From: Octopus sinensis
Taxonomy: Eukaryota
Assembly: GCF_006345805.1 (NCBI RefSeq)
Contig: NC_043025.1
Span: 14,570,001-14,634,000, forward strand
DNA: 64,000 bases
Direction of reading: 5' to 3'
This document shows, in pieces, positions 13,096-26,961 of the stretch. Position numbers and translations under genes: made by a program. Below the pieces are notes generated by a model, which was given only the letters and a program-made list of their open reading frames with translations, ran no database searches and was not told the DNA's origin. Within the stretch, counting starts at the first letter, position 1; each line of letters opens with the position of its first letter.

Positions 13096-15432
13096 GGGCT
13101 TCTTTTCAGCTTCCGCCTACCAAATCCACTTACATGGTTTTGGTCGGCCCGAGGCTATAGTAGAAGACACTTGCCCAAGATGCCACACAGTGGGACTGAA
13201 CCTGGAACCATGTGGTTGGTAAGCAAGCTACTTACCACACAGCCACTCCTGTGATTATAGAGAGTTTTAATTTGTTTTAGTTTTGATTATATTGTTTACA
13301 CGATGTAAAGCCCATTGTATTGTCCTGTCTTTGTCTTTTATGTTGTTGAATGTCTTAATGTTTTTTATATGTGAGCCCTTGTGGCCAATAAAAGAATTAT
13401 TATTATTATGGGGATGAGGTTATAGAATTGTTAGTGCGTCAGACAAAATGCTGTCCAAATGTGGCTCTGCATTTTGCCTGCCTTTATAAAGTTGTGATTC
13501 CAAATTTAGCCAAGGTTGATTTAGCCATTCATCTTTTTGGGGGTTGACAAAATCAGTAACAATCGAGTATTGGGGATCAGTGTAATCTACTAGCACCATC
13601 GCACCCCCCAAAAAATTTCAGGCCTTGTGCCTATAGTAGAAGCTATTATTATTATTATTATTATTATGCCGATGGGTTGGAAGAATTGTTGGTATGAGCA
13701 GCCTATTTTCATTCATTTTTATGTTCTGAGTTCAAATTCCGCTGAGGTCGACTTTACCTCTCATTATTTTGGGGTCGATGAATTAAGTAGCAGCTTAACA
13801 CTGAGGTTACTGTAATTGACAGAAATTCAGACCTTGTGCCTTTAGTAGAAAGGACTGTTGTTGTTGTTGTTATTATTATTATTATAAGGCGGCATCTGTC
13901 GTCACGTTCTGAGTTCAAATTCTGTTAAGGTTGACTTTGCCTTTCATCCTTTTGGGGTCGATAAAATAAGTACCAGTTGAACACTGGGGTCGATATCACC
14001 AATTTGTCCGCTCGACTGGTACTTATTTTATGTCGACCCTGAAAGGATGAAAGGCAAAGTCGACCTCAGCGGAATTTGAACTCAAAACGTAAAGACAGAT
14101 GAAACACCACTAAGCAAAATTGGAAAGACCCTATTGTTGTTCCTAGTTCCTTGTTGAACATTTTGGGACATTTTGGAGTTGAAACCCTGTTAAGTTTAAA
14201 AAATTTTTGATAATTCTTCCTAGGGTTGGTTCTCAGTAAATGAACCAGTCAAGTTCTTGTTGTTTAATCTCCGTATCCTGTTCACCGATTTGATTTTTTT
14301 TCTTGGTATATATTTTATTCAAAATAGTATCTGTGTGAGTATGTATATGCAAACACATTTATACACACACACACGTATATGTGTGTGTTTGTGTATGTAT
14401 GTACATAAAGATACATGTATACCTATAGTGTGTGTATATATGCATTTGTAATTCTAGTACGTTTATAGTGTGTTGTGTGTGTGTATACACACATATATAT
14501 CTATAGTGAGTGTGTGTGTATGTGTATATATACACACACACACACCTGCACATATACACAAATTATAGATGTGTGTGTGTGTATATATGTATATATAGAC
14601 TTGTCTGTATTGATATTAAATATACATTTATATAAATATATATGCATACATTTTATGTATACACCCACACATACATACACACACATGCACGCATTTACAT
14701 ACGCACATACATGCACGCACTTACATACACACATACGTACATACACACACATACATATATACATACACATACATACACACACAATTGCTTTTATAAGGTT
14801 TTCTATCACTATAGTGTACACATATATGCATGTCTATACACACACACACACACACACATTGCAAGCTGGTATTGTATGTTCTAAAATAGGGGTACACAGT
14901 CTGCCTGTGTCATTAGGGGTGTCAAAGAGACAAAGGAAGGAATTTGTAGAGGAACCAGGGAAGGATTTCCTGTTGGAAAACATTACCTGAAAAAAACAAA
15001 CTCCTGCATCCGAACGAAGTCTTAGAGCAGGATGATGGAATGGATCTCAAGAAAGAGGCGAGGAAACAATGACAGTGGGTGTGTGTGTGTTGCAGGGGGG
15101 GAGGTTGCTTCCTTAAGAAGGATAAAGCTTGAAGGATTGGCTCTGTCACAGTTAAAAGGCACAGAAGCTTCATGTGAAAAACGTTCCGAGTTCTTGGTGT
15201 TGGCTGGAAGGTGTAAGAAGACTCCAAGGAGAGAAGCTATGGGCATGCATGTGTGTGTGTGTGTGTGTGTGTATATATACATATATACATACATGGACAT
15301 GTGTATCAATGGATGTATGCATGTCATGTTTGTGTATGTATAAGGTGTGTGCATATGTATATGCACATGTGTATGTGTATGTGTGTGTACGTGTATATGC
15401 ATATGTGCTTATGTATATATATATATATATAG

Positions 15433-15660
15433 ACCGGAGTAAACACATAAATGTGAAACAAGGTGGAAAAAAGAGTACTCAAATACCAGTGCTAGAGTAA
15501 TATGCTTTATTTTAAGCAGCAGAAAATTCAACAAAATCTGTTTCTCTGAGTTTCTCGTTGCCGTTCGTCGGACAGTTTTTCTAGCAAAAACTGTCTGATG
15601 AACGGCAACGAGAAACTCAGAGAAACAGATTTTGTTGAATTTTCTGCTGCTTAAAATAAA

Positions 15661-15666
<6 letters not shown>
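15433..15666. mobile_element. Penelope-like element terminus duplicated as an inverted repeat (76-bp arms)
   Basis: 15505-15580 pairs with 15586-15661 around CTAGC, with 2 mismatches. Each arm carries a hammerhead-like motif. A single-arm copy of the same element lies at ~53923-54085. Confidence 0.75.
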
Positions 15667-15707
<41 letters not shown>

Positions 15708-15725
15708 AATATACATATATCTCTG

Positions 15726-15768
<43 letters not shown>

Positions 15769-16573
15769 TCATATATCTCTATGTGTGTATATATACATAT
15801 ATCTGTGTATGTATATATATATATACATATAGATATATATGTATATATGTACATGTATGTGTAAGTATATGTGAATGTATATGTACGTGTATATATGTAT
15901 CTGTGTGTGCCTACTTGTTTCTGTATATATAATATATATATATAATATATATATATATAATATATATATATATATGTATGTATGTATGAGTTTGTGTGTA
16001 TGTTCTCAGTCACAAGACCCATGTATACTCCACAGCGTTAATCAGGATTACTCTTAGACAAGTGTTTGTTTTTCCTTGTTTCATTGCTAAAAGTGCTCAA
16101 CAAGCTTCCACAAATTATCTGGGGCTATGATACAGGGTCTTTACAATTGAAGGCAATTTCGTCAACGTCCCATACAAAATATATAGATATGCATGACTTT
16201 AACTTAGTGGTTTGGCAAAATACATCGATAGAATTAGTTAGCAAGCTTAAAAAGAAAGGGTCCTGGGGTCAATTCATTTGATTAAAATCTTTCAAGAAGG
16301 TGCCCCAGCATGGCCACAGTCTAATGATATATCTATAGTAAGAAGCTTGCTTTTCAACCACGTGGCTCCAGGTTCAGTCCCGCTGTGTGACACCTTGGCC
16401 AAGTGGCTTCTACTATAGCCTCAGGCTGACTAAAGCCTTATGAGTGGATTTGGTAGGTGGAAACTGAAAGAAGCCCATTTTGTGTGTCTGTATGTATGTA
16501 TGTGTATATATGTGTTTACACACACATGTCTTTGTTCCCCATCACCATTTGATACTGATAGAAGCCTATCGTG

Positions 16574-16624
<51 letters not shown>

Positions 16625-17894
16625 ATATGTATATAAAAATCTATGTGTGTGTGTGTATGCTTGTGTTAGCAACAAACAAGATGAGGACAAATATCTGTCA
16701 AATGTAAATAATGTACATAATGAAAATATATACCTGTTGAGCAATGGGGTCGATAAAGTAATTACCTGTCGAGTATTGGGGTCAATAAAATAAATACCTG
16801 TTGAGCACTGGAGTTGATGTAATTGGTTTATCCCATCCCCTGAAATTCCTGGCCTTGTGCCAAAATTTGAAAGCAGGCAGCGAGCTGGCAGATTCATAGG
16901 CATGTTGGGCAAAATGCTTCTGTGACACTTCATATGTCTTTGTGTTCTGAGTTCAAATTCTGCTGCGGCCGACTTTGCCTTGGTTGATGAAATAAGCACC
17001 AGTTAAGCACTAATGCTTAAAATTTCAGACCTTGTGCTTATAGTGGAAAGGATTATTGTTGTTATCGTTATTTTGACAAGCAGCTTATATGGCAGTGAGC
17101 TGGCAGAATTGTTAGTACACCAGGTGAAATGCTTAGTGGTATTTCATCTGTCTTTATGTTCTGAGTTCAAATTCCATCGAGGTCAACTTTGCCTTTCATC
17201 CTGTCGGGGATCAATAAGTTAAGTACCAGTTGCATACTGGAGTTAATCTAATTGATTGGCCCCTCCCCCAAAATTACAGGCCTTGTGCCTAGAGTAGGAA
17301 AGATTATCAACATCATAATAGTTCGGGTGATGAGCTGCCTGAATCATAGAACACTGGATGTTTACATTGTGGGTTTACATTCTGCTGAGGTGAATGTTGT
17401 TTCATCGTATCAGGGGTGGGTAGGAGTCAATTAAATACCAGTCAAGCACCACGATGGACTATTCCTCCTCCCCTCAAAATTTCAGGCCTTGTGCCTATAG
17501 TAAAAAGGATTGTTATTATTATTGGCAGAATCCTTAGCATGCTGGACCAAATGCTTTGTGGCATTTCATCTAACTGTTTATATTCTGTTCCAAGTTCAAT
17601 TCCCAGCTGAAGTCAGCTTTGCTTTTTGTCCTTTCTGAGTCGATGAAGTAAATACCAGTCATGTACTGGGGTTGATATAATTGACTACTTCGCTCAAAAT
17701 TTCCAGTCCTCATACTTAAAGCAGAAAGGATTATTATAAGGGTGGCTGATTGGTAGAATCAGTAGAGCATCAGTCAAAAATGTCTTGTGGCATTCTGGTT
17801 CCTTGCTCAGAACCATGTGATTGGGTAGCAAGTCACTTACCACACAACCACTCCTGTGCCTATATATACATATATACATACCTTTATACATACT

Positions 17895-17926
<32 letters not shown>

Positions 17927-20366
17927 CACACATACATTTATATGTACTTATACATACATACACACACACAGTCACCCTGTCTTGTTCCTGGATCTACATG
18001 TGGTACCAGGCTAGATTTGAACTAGTTATCTTGCACGCTTCATCATCATCATCATCATCGTTTAACATCCGCTTTCCATGCTAGCATGGGTTGGACGGTT
18101 CAACTGGGGTCTGGCAAGCCCGAAGGCTGCACCAGGCCAGTCAGATCTGGTAGTGTTTCTACAGCTGGATGCCCTTCCTAACACCAACCACTCCGAGAGT
18201 GTAGTGGGTGATTTTATGTGCCACCGACACAGGTGCCATATAATAATTATATGTACAGCATCCTTGTTTTAATGTCCAGTTTTTCCTTGGATCAGGCAAT
18301 CCTTCAAGGTAAATTTCTTACAGCCAGATACCCTTCCGGTTACCGACAATCACCTGTGTCCAAACCAGGTAATAACTTCCCCATGACCAGACGTGATTTT
18401 CATGGAAGATTGGAAACAAATGCCCCCTCCTGTAACATACACACACACGCGCGCATTCTCTCTCCTGTATATAGGATTGGCTTCTTTCAATTTCCATCTA
18501 CCAAATCCACTCACAAAGCTTTGGGTGGCCCAGACCCAAAGTAGAAGACACTTGCCCAAGATGCCACACGGTGGGACTGAACCTGGAACCATGTGGTTGG
18601 GAAGCAAACTTCTTGACCATGCAGCTATTTGTCTTTTCTCACACATAGATATATATATGTAATTATGTGTGTATATATATGTATATAATTGTGGGCATGG
18701 CTGTGTGGTACGAAGCTTGCTTCTTAACCAAATGGTTCTGGGTTCAGTCCCACTGCATGGCACCTTGGGCAGGTGTCTTTTACTGTAGCCTCGGGCTGAC
18801 CAATCTTGTGAGTGGATTTCATAGGTGGAAACTGGAAGAAGCCCATCATTATATATATGTATATGTTTGTGTGCCTTTGTGTCTGCTGTTACCCCTCCCC
18901 CTCGCATGACAACCAGTGTTGGTGTGTTTGCATCCCCATAACTTAGCAGTTTAGCAAAACAGACTGATAAAATAAGTACCAGGTTTAAAAAATAAGTATT
19001 GGTGTCGATTTATTCAATTAAAAATTCAAGGCTGTGCTCCAGTATGGCCACAATCTAATGACTGACACAAGTCAGAGATAAAAGATATATATATATATAT
19101 ATAACTTTGTGTGTGTGTGTGTGTGTATGTGTATATATATATGTGTGTGTGTATACATACATAGGCATTGGAGTGGCCATGTGGTAAGAAGCTTGCTTCC
19201 CAACCACATGGTTCCGGGTTCAGTCCCACTGTGTGGCACCTTGAGTAAGTATCTTCTACTATAGCCTCGGACCAACCAAAGTCTTGTGTGTATATATGTA
19301 TGTATGTGTGTGTGTGTATGCATATATGTAATTGTATTTGTGTAGAATTCAAGTGGCACAACTATACCATTGAGATACAGGTATTTTCCACTTGGCAGGC
19401 TTCTATACAGTTTCCATTTAATGGACTTCACTCACAAGGTGTGGGTTGACTAAAAGTTTCTGATTGAAAACATTCCCCTCAGTCTGTGTACCTACCACAT
19501 GGTGGGGTTGAAACCAGGGCCTTTGTGTTGGTGAAGTGAAGGTTTTAACCATTGTGCCACAGGGAGAGAGAGAGAGAAAACAAGGGTTAGGTCAGTTGCT
19601 CCTGCCTGCCCTGCTTCCCCCCCCACCTGCCTTCTACTGACAGATGGACAGGGACAGACCCACCCACATGCAGATGGACATGGTGAAGAAGACACGCACA
19701 CATGCATAGATGTATGTATCACATACACAGCTGTACACACATGCACACGCACACACATACGTACATACACATGCACATACACGCACACATGCATCTACAC
19801 ATACATGCACAAATGCCTCATACGTACACATTCACGACACACACACACACACACACACACACAATGCACACACACAGATGCATATTCATACATACAATGT
19901 ATACACACACACACACAATGTACACACACACACATGTATGCACACAGACAGATGGACAGAGACCCACACAGACAGACGGTTAGTCAATCAGTCACTGACA
20001 GATGGTGGACAGGCTTGGAAATTGTCAAGATCTCCGTGTAATCTTCTTGATTGGTGGTGGTGGGTGAGGATGGAGGTGATAGTTTCGAGGGTTGGTGGTG
20101 GTGGTGGTGGGCGATGGCACTGCTGCTGGTGAAGCTGGTGGTGACATTGTCTCAATATTGTGTGTGTAAGCCACACATGCTTAGAAGCATGTTTAGAAAC
20201 ATATTCTCTCTCATATATAAATGTATGTGTGTGAGTGTTTATATATATATATATAAAACAAGACTAAAAAATTTGGTATATTGTGTGTGTGTGTGTGTAA
20301 GCCGCACATGCTTAGAAACACACTCTTGCATATAAATGTATATATATATATATACATATATATATA

Positions 20367-20751
20367 GGTGCAGGAGTGGCTGTGTTGTAAGTAGCTTGCT
20401 TACCAACCACATGGTTCCGAGTTCAGTCCCACTGTGTGACACCTTGGGCAAGTGTCTTCTACTATAACCTCGGGCCGACCAAAGCCTTGTGAGTGGATTT
20501 GGTGGATGGAAACTGAAAGAAGCCCGTCGTATGTATGTATATATGTATGTATGTGTGTGTGTCTGTGTTTGTCCCCCAACATCGCTTGACAACTGATGCT
20601 GGTGTGTTTACATCCCTGTAACTTAGCGGTTCGGCAAAAGAGACCTATAGAATAAGTACTGGGCTTACAGAGAATAAGTTCTGGGTCGATTTGCTCGACT
20701 AAAGGTGGTGCTCCAGCATGGCCACAGTCAAATGACTGAAACAAGTAAAAG
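20367..20751 (+). mobile_element. tRNA-derived CORE-like SINE family A with internal microsatellite; representative copy
   Basis: Head GGAGTGGCTGTGT(G)GTAAG...GTTCAGTCCCACTG, CORE-like CACCTTGGGCAAGTGTCTT, internal (TA)/(TG) repeat, tail ...GGTGCTCCAGCATGGCCACAGTCAAATGACTGAAACAAGTAAAAG. More than 20 full or partial copies, e.g. 2880-3285(-), 12850-13250(-), 18690-19080, 29034-29428, 30668-31040, 34820-35195, 36975-37305, 40761-41158, 43105-43490(-), 47520-47835, 48745-49100, 54130-54475(-), 55850-56275(-), 57560-57895(-), 59330-59750(-). Confidence 0.85.
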
Positions 20752-21609
20752 ACACATATATTAACATGCACTACACTCATACACACACACACACACTCAT
20801 ATAAACACACACACACACACATGAAAAACAAGGGTGGAAGATTCGGAATATTTTTAATTCAATGTTAGATGTGTTTATTGCAAATAATAATCATACTAAT
20901 AATAAAAGGCACAAGGCCGGAAATTTTGTGGGGAGGGTTAGAAACTGAAAGAAGCCTGTCATAACTGTGCGTACATATGCATGTGTGTGTGTGTATATAT
21001 ATATATAAAATGTTTGTGTCTGTTGTCTACCACCATTTCACAACTGGTGTTGGTGTGTTTATATCCCCCATAACTTAGCAGTTTGGCAAAAGAGACTGTT
21101 ATAATAAATACCAGACAAAATAGATGCTGGAATTCATTCATTTGGCTGCCCCAGCATGGCCACAGTCTAAAGAGGGAAACAAGTAAAAGCTAAAAGGCAC
21201 CCAGAACACTGTGGAATGGTTGGCGTTAGGAAGAGCATCCAGCCGTAAAAACCATGCTGAAACAGACTGGAGCCTGGCGCAGCTCTCTTGCTTCCCAATT
21301 CCGGTCCAACCCATGCCAGCACAGAAAAACGGACGTTAACTGATGATGATGATGATGATGATGACTACATTGACCAATGTGTCCTTCAGTATAGTTTTCA
21401 ATGCTGTGTAATATATGGGAGATTTGGTTGCTATTTCTAGCAGATTAAGTTGACGAGGTGACTGGTCAGTTTGTCCATTTCCGAATCACCTCCAGCTACA
21501 GGGGAAAACTCTTGTGGTCGTTTGGTGTGCGAGAAATAACAGCTAAATAACCTTCAAATTACACATATTAAAATTGAATGCGTAGATTATTATCTTTGTT
21601 ATTTGTATA

Positions 21610-21820
21610 TTGGGAAAAGATGGGAGGGTCACAGCTGGAACGTCTTTGATCATAAGTCTGTCTGGATCAGAACTAACCTGGGGTTTAATAACAGCAAGGA
21701 AGGGCACATTAGATAATGTAGTCCTAGATACACTATGCCTGAATAAAAGACAGGATGGTCACAGCTGGAACATCTTTGATCCTAGGTCTGCTGGATCAGG
21801 ACTGACCTGGGGCTAAACAA
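21610..21820 (-). repeat. 126-bp minisatellite family, inverted ~1.5 units
   Basis: Reverse complement of the unit in 22150-22932, ending ...CTGGGGCTAAACAACAACAG. Confidence 0.9.
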
Positions 21821-22149
21821 CAACAGCAGCAGCGGGGGGGGGGTGACTTTCCACCCCCAGTATGTGCGGGTGGCATCTCCAGTGAGGTGTGTGAGGTGCT
21901 TGGACAGAGGTTGATAATATCTGGGTCCTGTGCCGCCACCACTGCCGTCCCCTTTTTAGCACCAGGCAGGGGACATGAGCGAGGGGGCGGCAAAAGATAG
22001 TGGCACAGTGCCCCCCCAACCCCCCTCACCTGCTTCTATGAGCCTCATTCATGAAAGCTGTCACACAACTGCTCAACCCACCCCTGCCCACCCCCTTTCC
22101 AAAACAACCTCTTAATGTGACTCCTCCCCCTCCCATCTGTTGTCAGCTG

Positions 22150-22932
22150 TTGTTGTTTAGCCCCAGGTCAGTCCTGATCTAGACAGACCTATGATCAAAG
22201 ATGTTCCAGCTGTGACCATCCCGTCTTATATTCAGACATAGTGTATCTAGGACTACATTATCTAATGTGTCCTTCTTTGTTGTTTAGCCCCAGGTCAGTC
22301 CTGATCCAGCAGACCTGTGATCAAAGATGTTCCAGCTGTGACCATCCCGTCTTATATTCAGACATAGTGTATCTAGGACTACATTATCTAATGTGACCTT
22401 CCCTGTTGTTTAGCCCCAGGTCAGTCCTGATCCAGCAGACCTGTGATCAAAGATGTTCCAGCTGTGACCATCCCGTCTTATATTCAGACATAGTGTATCT
22501 AGGACTACATTATCTAATGTGACCTTCCCTGTTGTTTAGCCCCAGGTCAGTCCTGATCCAGCAGACCTGTGATCAAAGATGTTCCAGCTGTGACCATCCC
22601 GTCTTATATTCAGACATAGTGTATCTAGGACTACATTATCTAATGTGACCTTCCCTGTTGTTTAGCCCCAGGTCAGTCCTGATCCAGTAGACTTATGATC
22701 AAAGATGTTCCAGCTGTGACCATCCCGTCTTATATTCAGACATAGTGTATCTAGGACTACATTATCTAACGTGTCCTTCCTTGTTGTTTAGCCCCAGGTC
22801 AGTCCTGATCCATCAGACATATGATCAAAGATGTTCCAGCTGTGACCATCCTGTCTTTTATTCAGGCATGGTGTATCTAGGACTACATTATCTAATGTGT
22901 CCTTCCTTGTTTAGCCCCAGGTCAGTCCTGAC
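22150..22932 (+). repeat. 126-bp minisatellite, 6 full units plus a partial unit
   Basis: TAGCCCCAGG recurs at 22158, 22285, 22411, 22537, 22663, 22789 and 22912 (periods 127,126,126,126,126,123). Each full unit contains CAGCTG. Confidence 0.97.
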
Positions 22933-23285
22933 CTGTAAGTGGTAGAAGAAACCAAGCTTGAAGTAATGGCTACAATCCCCAAAAGACGTTTGTAAAGCCG
23001 GATTCTTAACGATAGCCATGTGTGTGTGTGTGTGTGTGGTTCCTGCGTGTTATAATTGTTTGTATATGTACGAGTATGTGTGCATGTGTAGTTGTGTGTG
23101 TGTGTGGTTATGTGTATATATATGCGTTTCCGTTCGTACGTAAATGTATATCTGTGTATATTGTTGTTGTAATTGCGTGTGTGTGTGTTTTCTGTTTTCG
23201 TATATTAGTGTGTGTTTGTGTGTGTATATATATATATATATACATATACGTTTGTTGTGTATGTGTTTGTGCATGTATGTGTGTG

Positions 23286-23324
<39 letters not shown>

Positions 23325-23652
23325 TTATTTATTATATGTAGAAAAATACAAACTGGGACAAGAACGTAAAACATTTAGAAGACGATACAAAAAACACGGA
23401 CGGGACATTCGAAGCCTTCAATCTTCAGTCAAGAACCGGATCATCCTCGCAATTTCGGCTGATTAATCTTGAGATCGCTCCGATCCGGCCAGCCCCAAGG
23501 AAAAACTAAGCTACGAGCATTAGATTTCTTGGAAGAAGGATCGAATGTATACGAAACAAGGACAGAAAAACGGACGATGCCACACGAATATAAATACAAT
23601 ACACACACACACACACGTATATATATATATAGACACAAGTAATTTTAACTCA

Positions 23653-23694
<42 letters not shown>

Positions 23695-25775
23695 CTCTCT
23701 CTGTCTCTCTTACACACATGCTCTGTCACTCACGCACCGCCGCCACACCATCTGTTGTTGGTGTTAAAACTGGATTTCGTTGCCATCTGTTTGGAATATA
23801 CAGTTTAGCACCTATTGTAGAGTGAGTGATGATGATGATGATGATGATGATGGTAGTGGTTGGGGTGGAGGTGGTGCCGGCGACGGCGCATACTGCTGGT
23901 GGTGGTGATGGTGGTGGTGCTGGTCGTTGAGGACCAGCTGTTTGCTCGCTGTAGTTTAGCACCTAACCATGATGGTGGTGAGAACGGCACCGACTACGAC
24001 GACGATGGTGGTGGTGGTGGTGGTGGTCATAGTTGTGATGGTGATGGAGGTGGTGTTGGTGGGGCAGCAATGATGGTGGTGGTAGTGGTTATGATGGTGT
24101 GGTGGAGGTAGCAATGATTATGGTGATGGTGGTTGTGGTAGTGGAGATGATGGTGGTGGTGTTGGTGATGAGGTAGTAATGATTATGGTGGCGGTGGTTG
24201 TGGTAGTGGTAGTGGATGTAGCAATGATTATGGTGGTGGTGGTGGTAGCGGCGAGGTTTATGATGTGGTGGTAATGATGATGATGGTGATAGTGAAGGTG
24301 ATAGTGAAGGTGGTGGTGGTGACTTGTGACAATGATGGTATTATTGGTAAGAACGGTTCGTGGTGGTGGTATCGGTTCTGCTGGTGACGCACCATCTGTT
24401 GTAGTATACCACTTATCTGCAATAATCTTCTTGATGATGATGATGATAGTATTGGTCGTGGTTGGAGTGGTGGAACACAATCCGTCAGCTAGTTATAGCA
24501 TCTATGTGGTTGATGGTTACCTCTGGTGGTTGTTGTGACAATGGCATTGGTGGAGGTGGTTATTTTCTGGACTATGGTTAGGCACTCCATCCGTGACCAT
24601 TCTGTCTTTGTCCTATGTACGGGGAAGCTAGGGAACCTTATTAACCAATGTGTCTGTAATAAGTTACCAGGGGGCGTGTTGTAAGAGAGGTTTGGCTGTT
24701 ATTTCTAGCAGTTCGTCCAGTATGTTAACAATTCTGCCAGCTCACTGCCTTAATAATAATAATAATAATAATAATGATAATAATTATTCATCATCATTGT
24801 TTAACGTCCGCTTTCCATGCTAGCATGGGTTGGACGATGTGACTGAGATCTGGGGAACCAGATGGTTGCACCAGGCTCCAATCTGATCTGGCAGTGTTTC
24901 TACAGCTGGATGCCCTTCCTAACGCCAACCACTCCGAGAGTCTAGTGGGTGCTTTTATGTGCCACCGGCATGAGGTATTGGCAACGACCATGCTCAAATG
25001 GTGTTTTTTACGTGCCACTTGCACAGGAGCCAGTCTAGCGGCACTGGCAACGATCACGCTCGAATGTTTTTTCATGTGCCAGTAAGGCGACGCTGGTAAC
25101 GATCCCATTCGAATGGTGCTTTTTACGTGCCACCAGCACGGAAGCCAGTTAACTGCTCTGGCAACGATGACACTCGGATGATTATTATTTCTTATTTCTT
25201 TACTACCCACAAGGGGCTAAACATAGAGGGGACAAACAAGGACAGACAAAGAGATTAAGTCAATTACATCGACCCCAGTGCATAACTGGCACTTAATTTA
25301 TCGATCTCGAATGGATGAAAGGCAAAGTTGACCAGGGCCTTTTACGTGGCACCATCACCAGTGCTGTCTATGTGGCACCATCACATCATCATTGCTTTTC
25401 ACATGGCACCAACACCGACAGGGACACCCAAGTACCTTGCAGGACTAAAAGACTAAAATCCCTTCAAGTGGAAGGGAGGGGAGTAGTATTAATGGTGGGG
25501 GATGGCTTTGTGCCAGTTGAAAGATTTAAGAATTAGGGGAGACAGATATAGCTGTCCTGCTGTTGAGTCGATACACAGATACCCTATATTATTATTATTG
25601 GCTCTTGGTCTATGTATTTGTGTGTTTTGTATGCAATATCATCTTCATATAACGTCTGTTCCATGGTCTGTGTACATGTGTGTGTATATATATATATATA
25701 CTTGTAGATAGAATTATGTTGATATCCTTGGCATGCATGCAAAATACATACATACACACATACATGCATATATAA

Positions 25776-25819
<44 letters not shown>

Positions 25820-25872
25820 ATGTGTATATACATATATATGTGTCGATACAAACATATATACATATATGTGTA

Positions 25873-25925
<53 letters not shown>

Positions 25926-26593
25926 TTATATAGTTTTCAGTCTGTGTGTCCTTGACACCAGTAAACACACCTACTCATTCACATATGCCTATATATAAAC
26001 ACACATGTGCACACACACATATACATCAACATATATATACTCACACATGCATGCATCACATTTATATACACATCTTATACAAACTCACATAAACACACAC
26101 ACACCTACACTCAAACCAATACATGCCATATTTATTTTTTCTGGACAGAATGCAAAATACACAAAATTACATATTTACTACACACACACACATATTGTCA
26201 TCATCCTCATTATCCTAATAACTATTTTCCAAGCTGGCATGGGTCGGAGAGGTCGACAAGAGATGGAAAGGCAGAGGACTACGCTAAAGTCTATCAGCTT
26301 TCACATGGTTTCTGCAACCAGATGCCCCCTTTGTAACAGCAGCAGCTTTACAGAGTGTGACTGGGTGCTTTCTATGTGGCACCGGCACCAGTGAGGCCCC
26401 CTGTATCTTGCAAAACAAAGATGCCTTGACTGGGTAGTGGTGGTATGCTGTGTTGAGGGCGCTGGCTTTGTTCCAGGTGATGAGAGGTTACAGTGCGAAG
26501 AGAGGGACAGAAAAAGGTTTTACAGTTCTATATTTAAGAGATGAGGAATTATTTACATTTGATGGATATTTGTCCTTATCTTCTTTGTTGTTA

Positions 26594-26643
26594 ACACAAC
26601 GTTTCAACTGATACACCCCCCACCCCCAGCCTGCTTCAGGTGT
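26594..26643 (-). ncRNA. Degenerate minimal hammerhead motif (GGCTG family) in a PLE-like terminus
   Basis: Reverse complement: ACAC-CTGAAGC-A-GGCTG...CAGTT-GAAA-CG-TT-GTGT. Stem I is ACAC/GTGT; the core has A9C. Confidence 0.55.
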
Positions 26644-26819
26644 CTTGGGGAAATTTCGAACCTGGGTTCTCATTCCTAAGGTATTTTTCGATGTTATTAT
26701 TATTATTGTTGTTGTTGTTGTTAGTATTATTGTATGCCCATGGGAATATGGCGTAGTGGTTAAGAGCATGGGCTACTAACCCCAAGATTCCGAGTTTGAT
26801 TCCAAGCAGTGACCTGAAC

Positions 26820-26862
<43 letters not shown>

Positions 26863-26885
26863 GGAATAATAATAATAATTATAAT

Positions 26886-26928
<43 letters not shown>

Positions 26929-26961
26929 GGAATGAGAACCCAGGTTCGAAATTTCCCCAAG

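Noticed and set aside
14110-14340. Possible Penelope RT fragment on the minus strand (MFNKELGTTIGSF)
   Set aside because: The resemblance to the Q/xG..MGS motif is short and broken by stops; it needs a profile search.
22150-22932. CRISPR-like regular repeats
   Set aside because: Whole 126-bp units repeat with no unique spacers, the context is eukaryotic, and there are no cas genes.
23400-23435. Hammerhead-like CTGAAGA...TTCGAATGTC on the minus strand
   Set aside because: It lacks GAAA and a clear stem I, so it is not counted.
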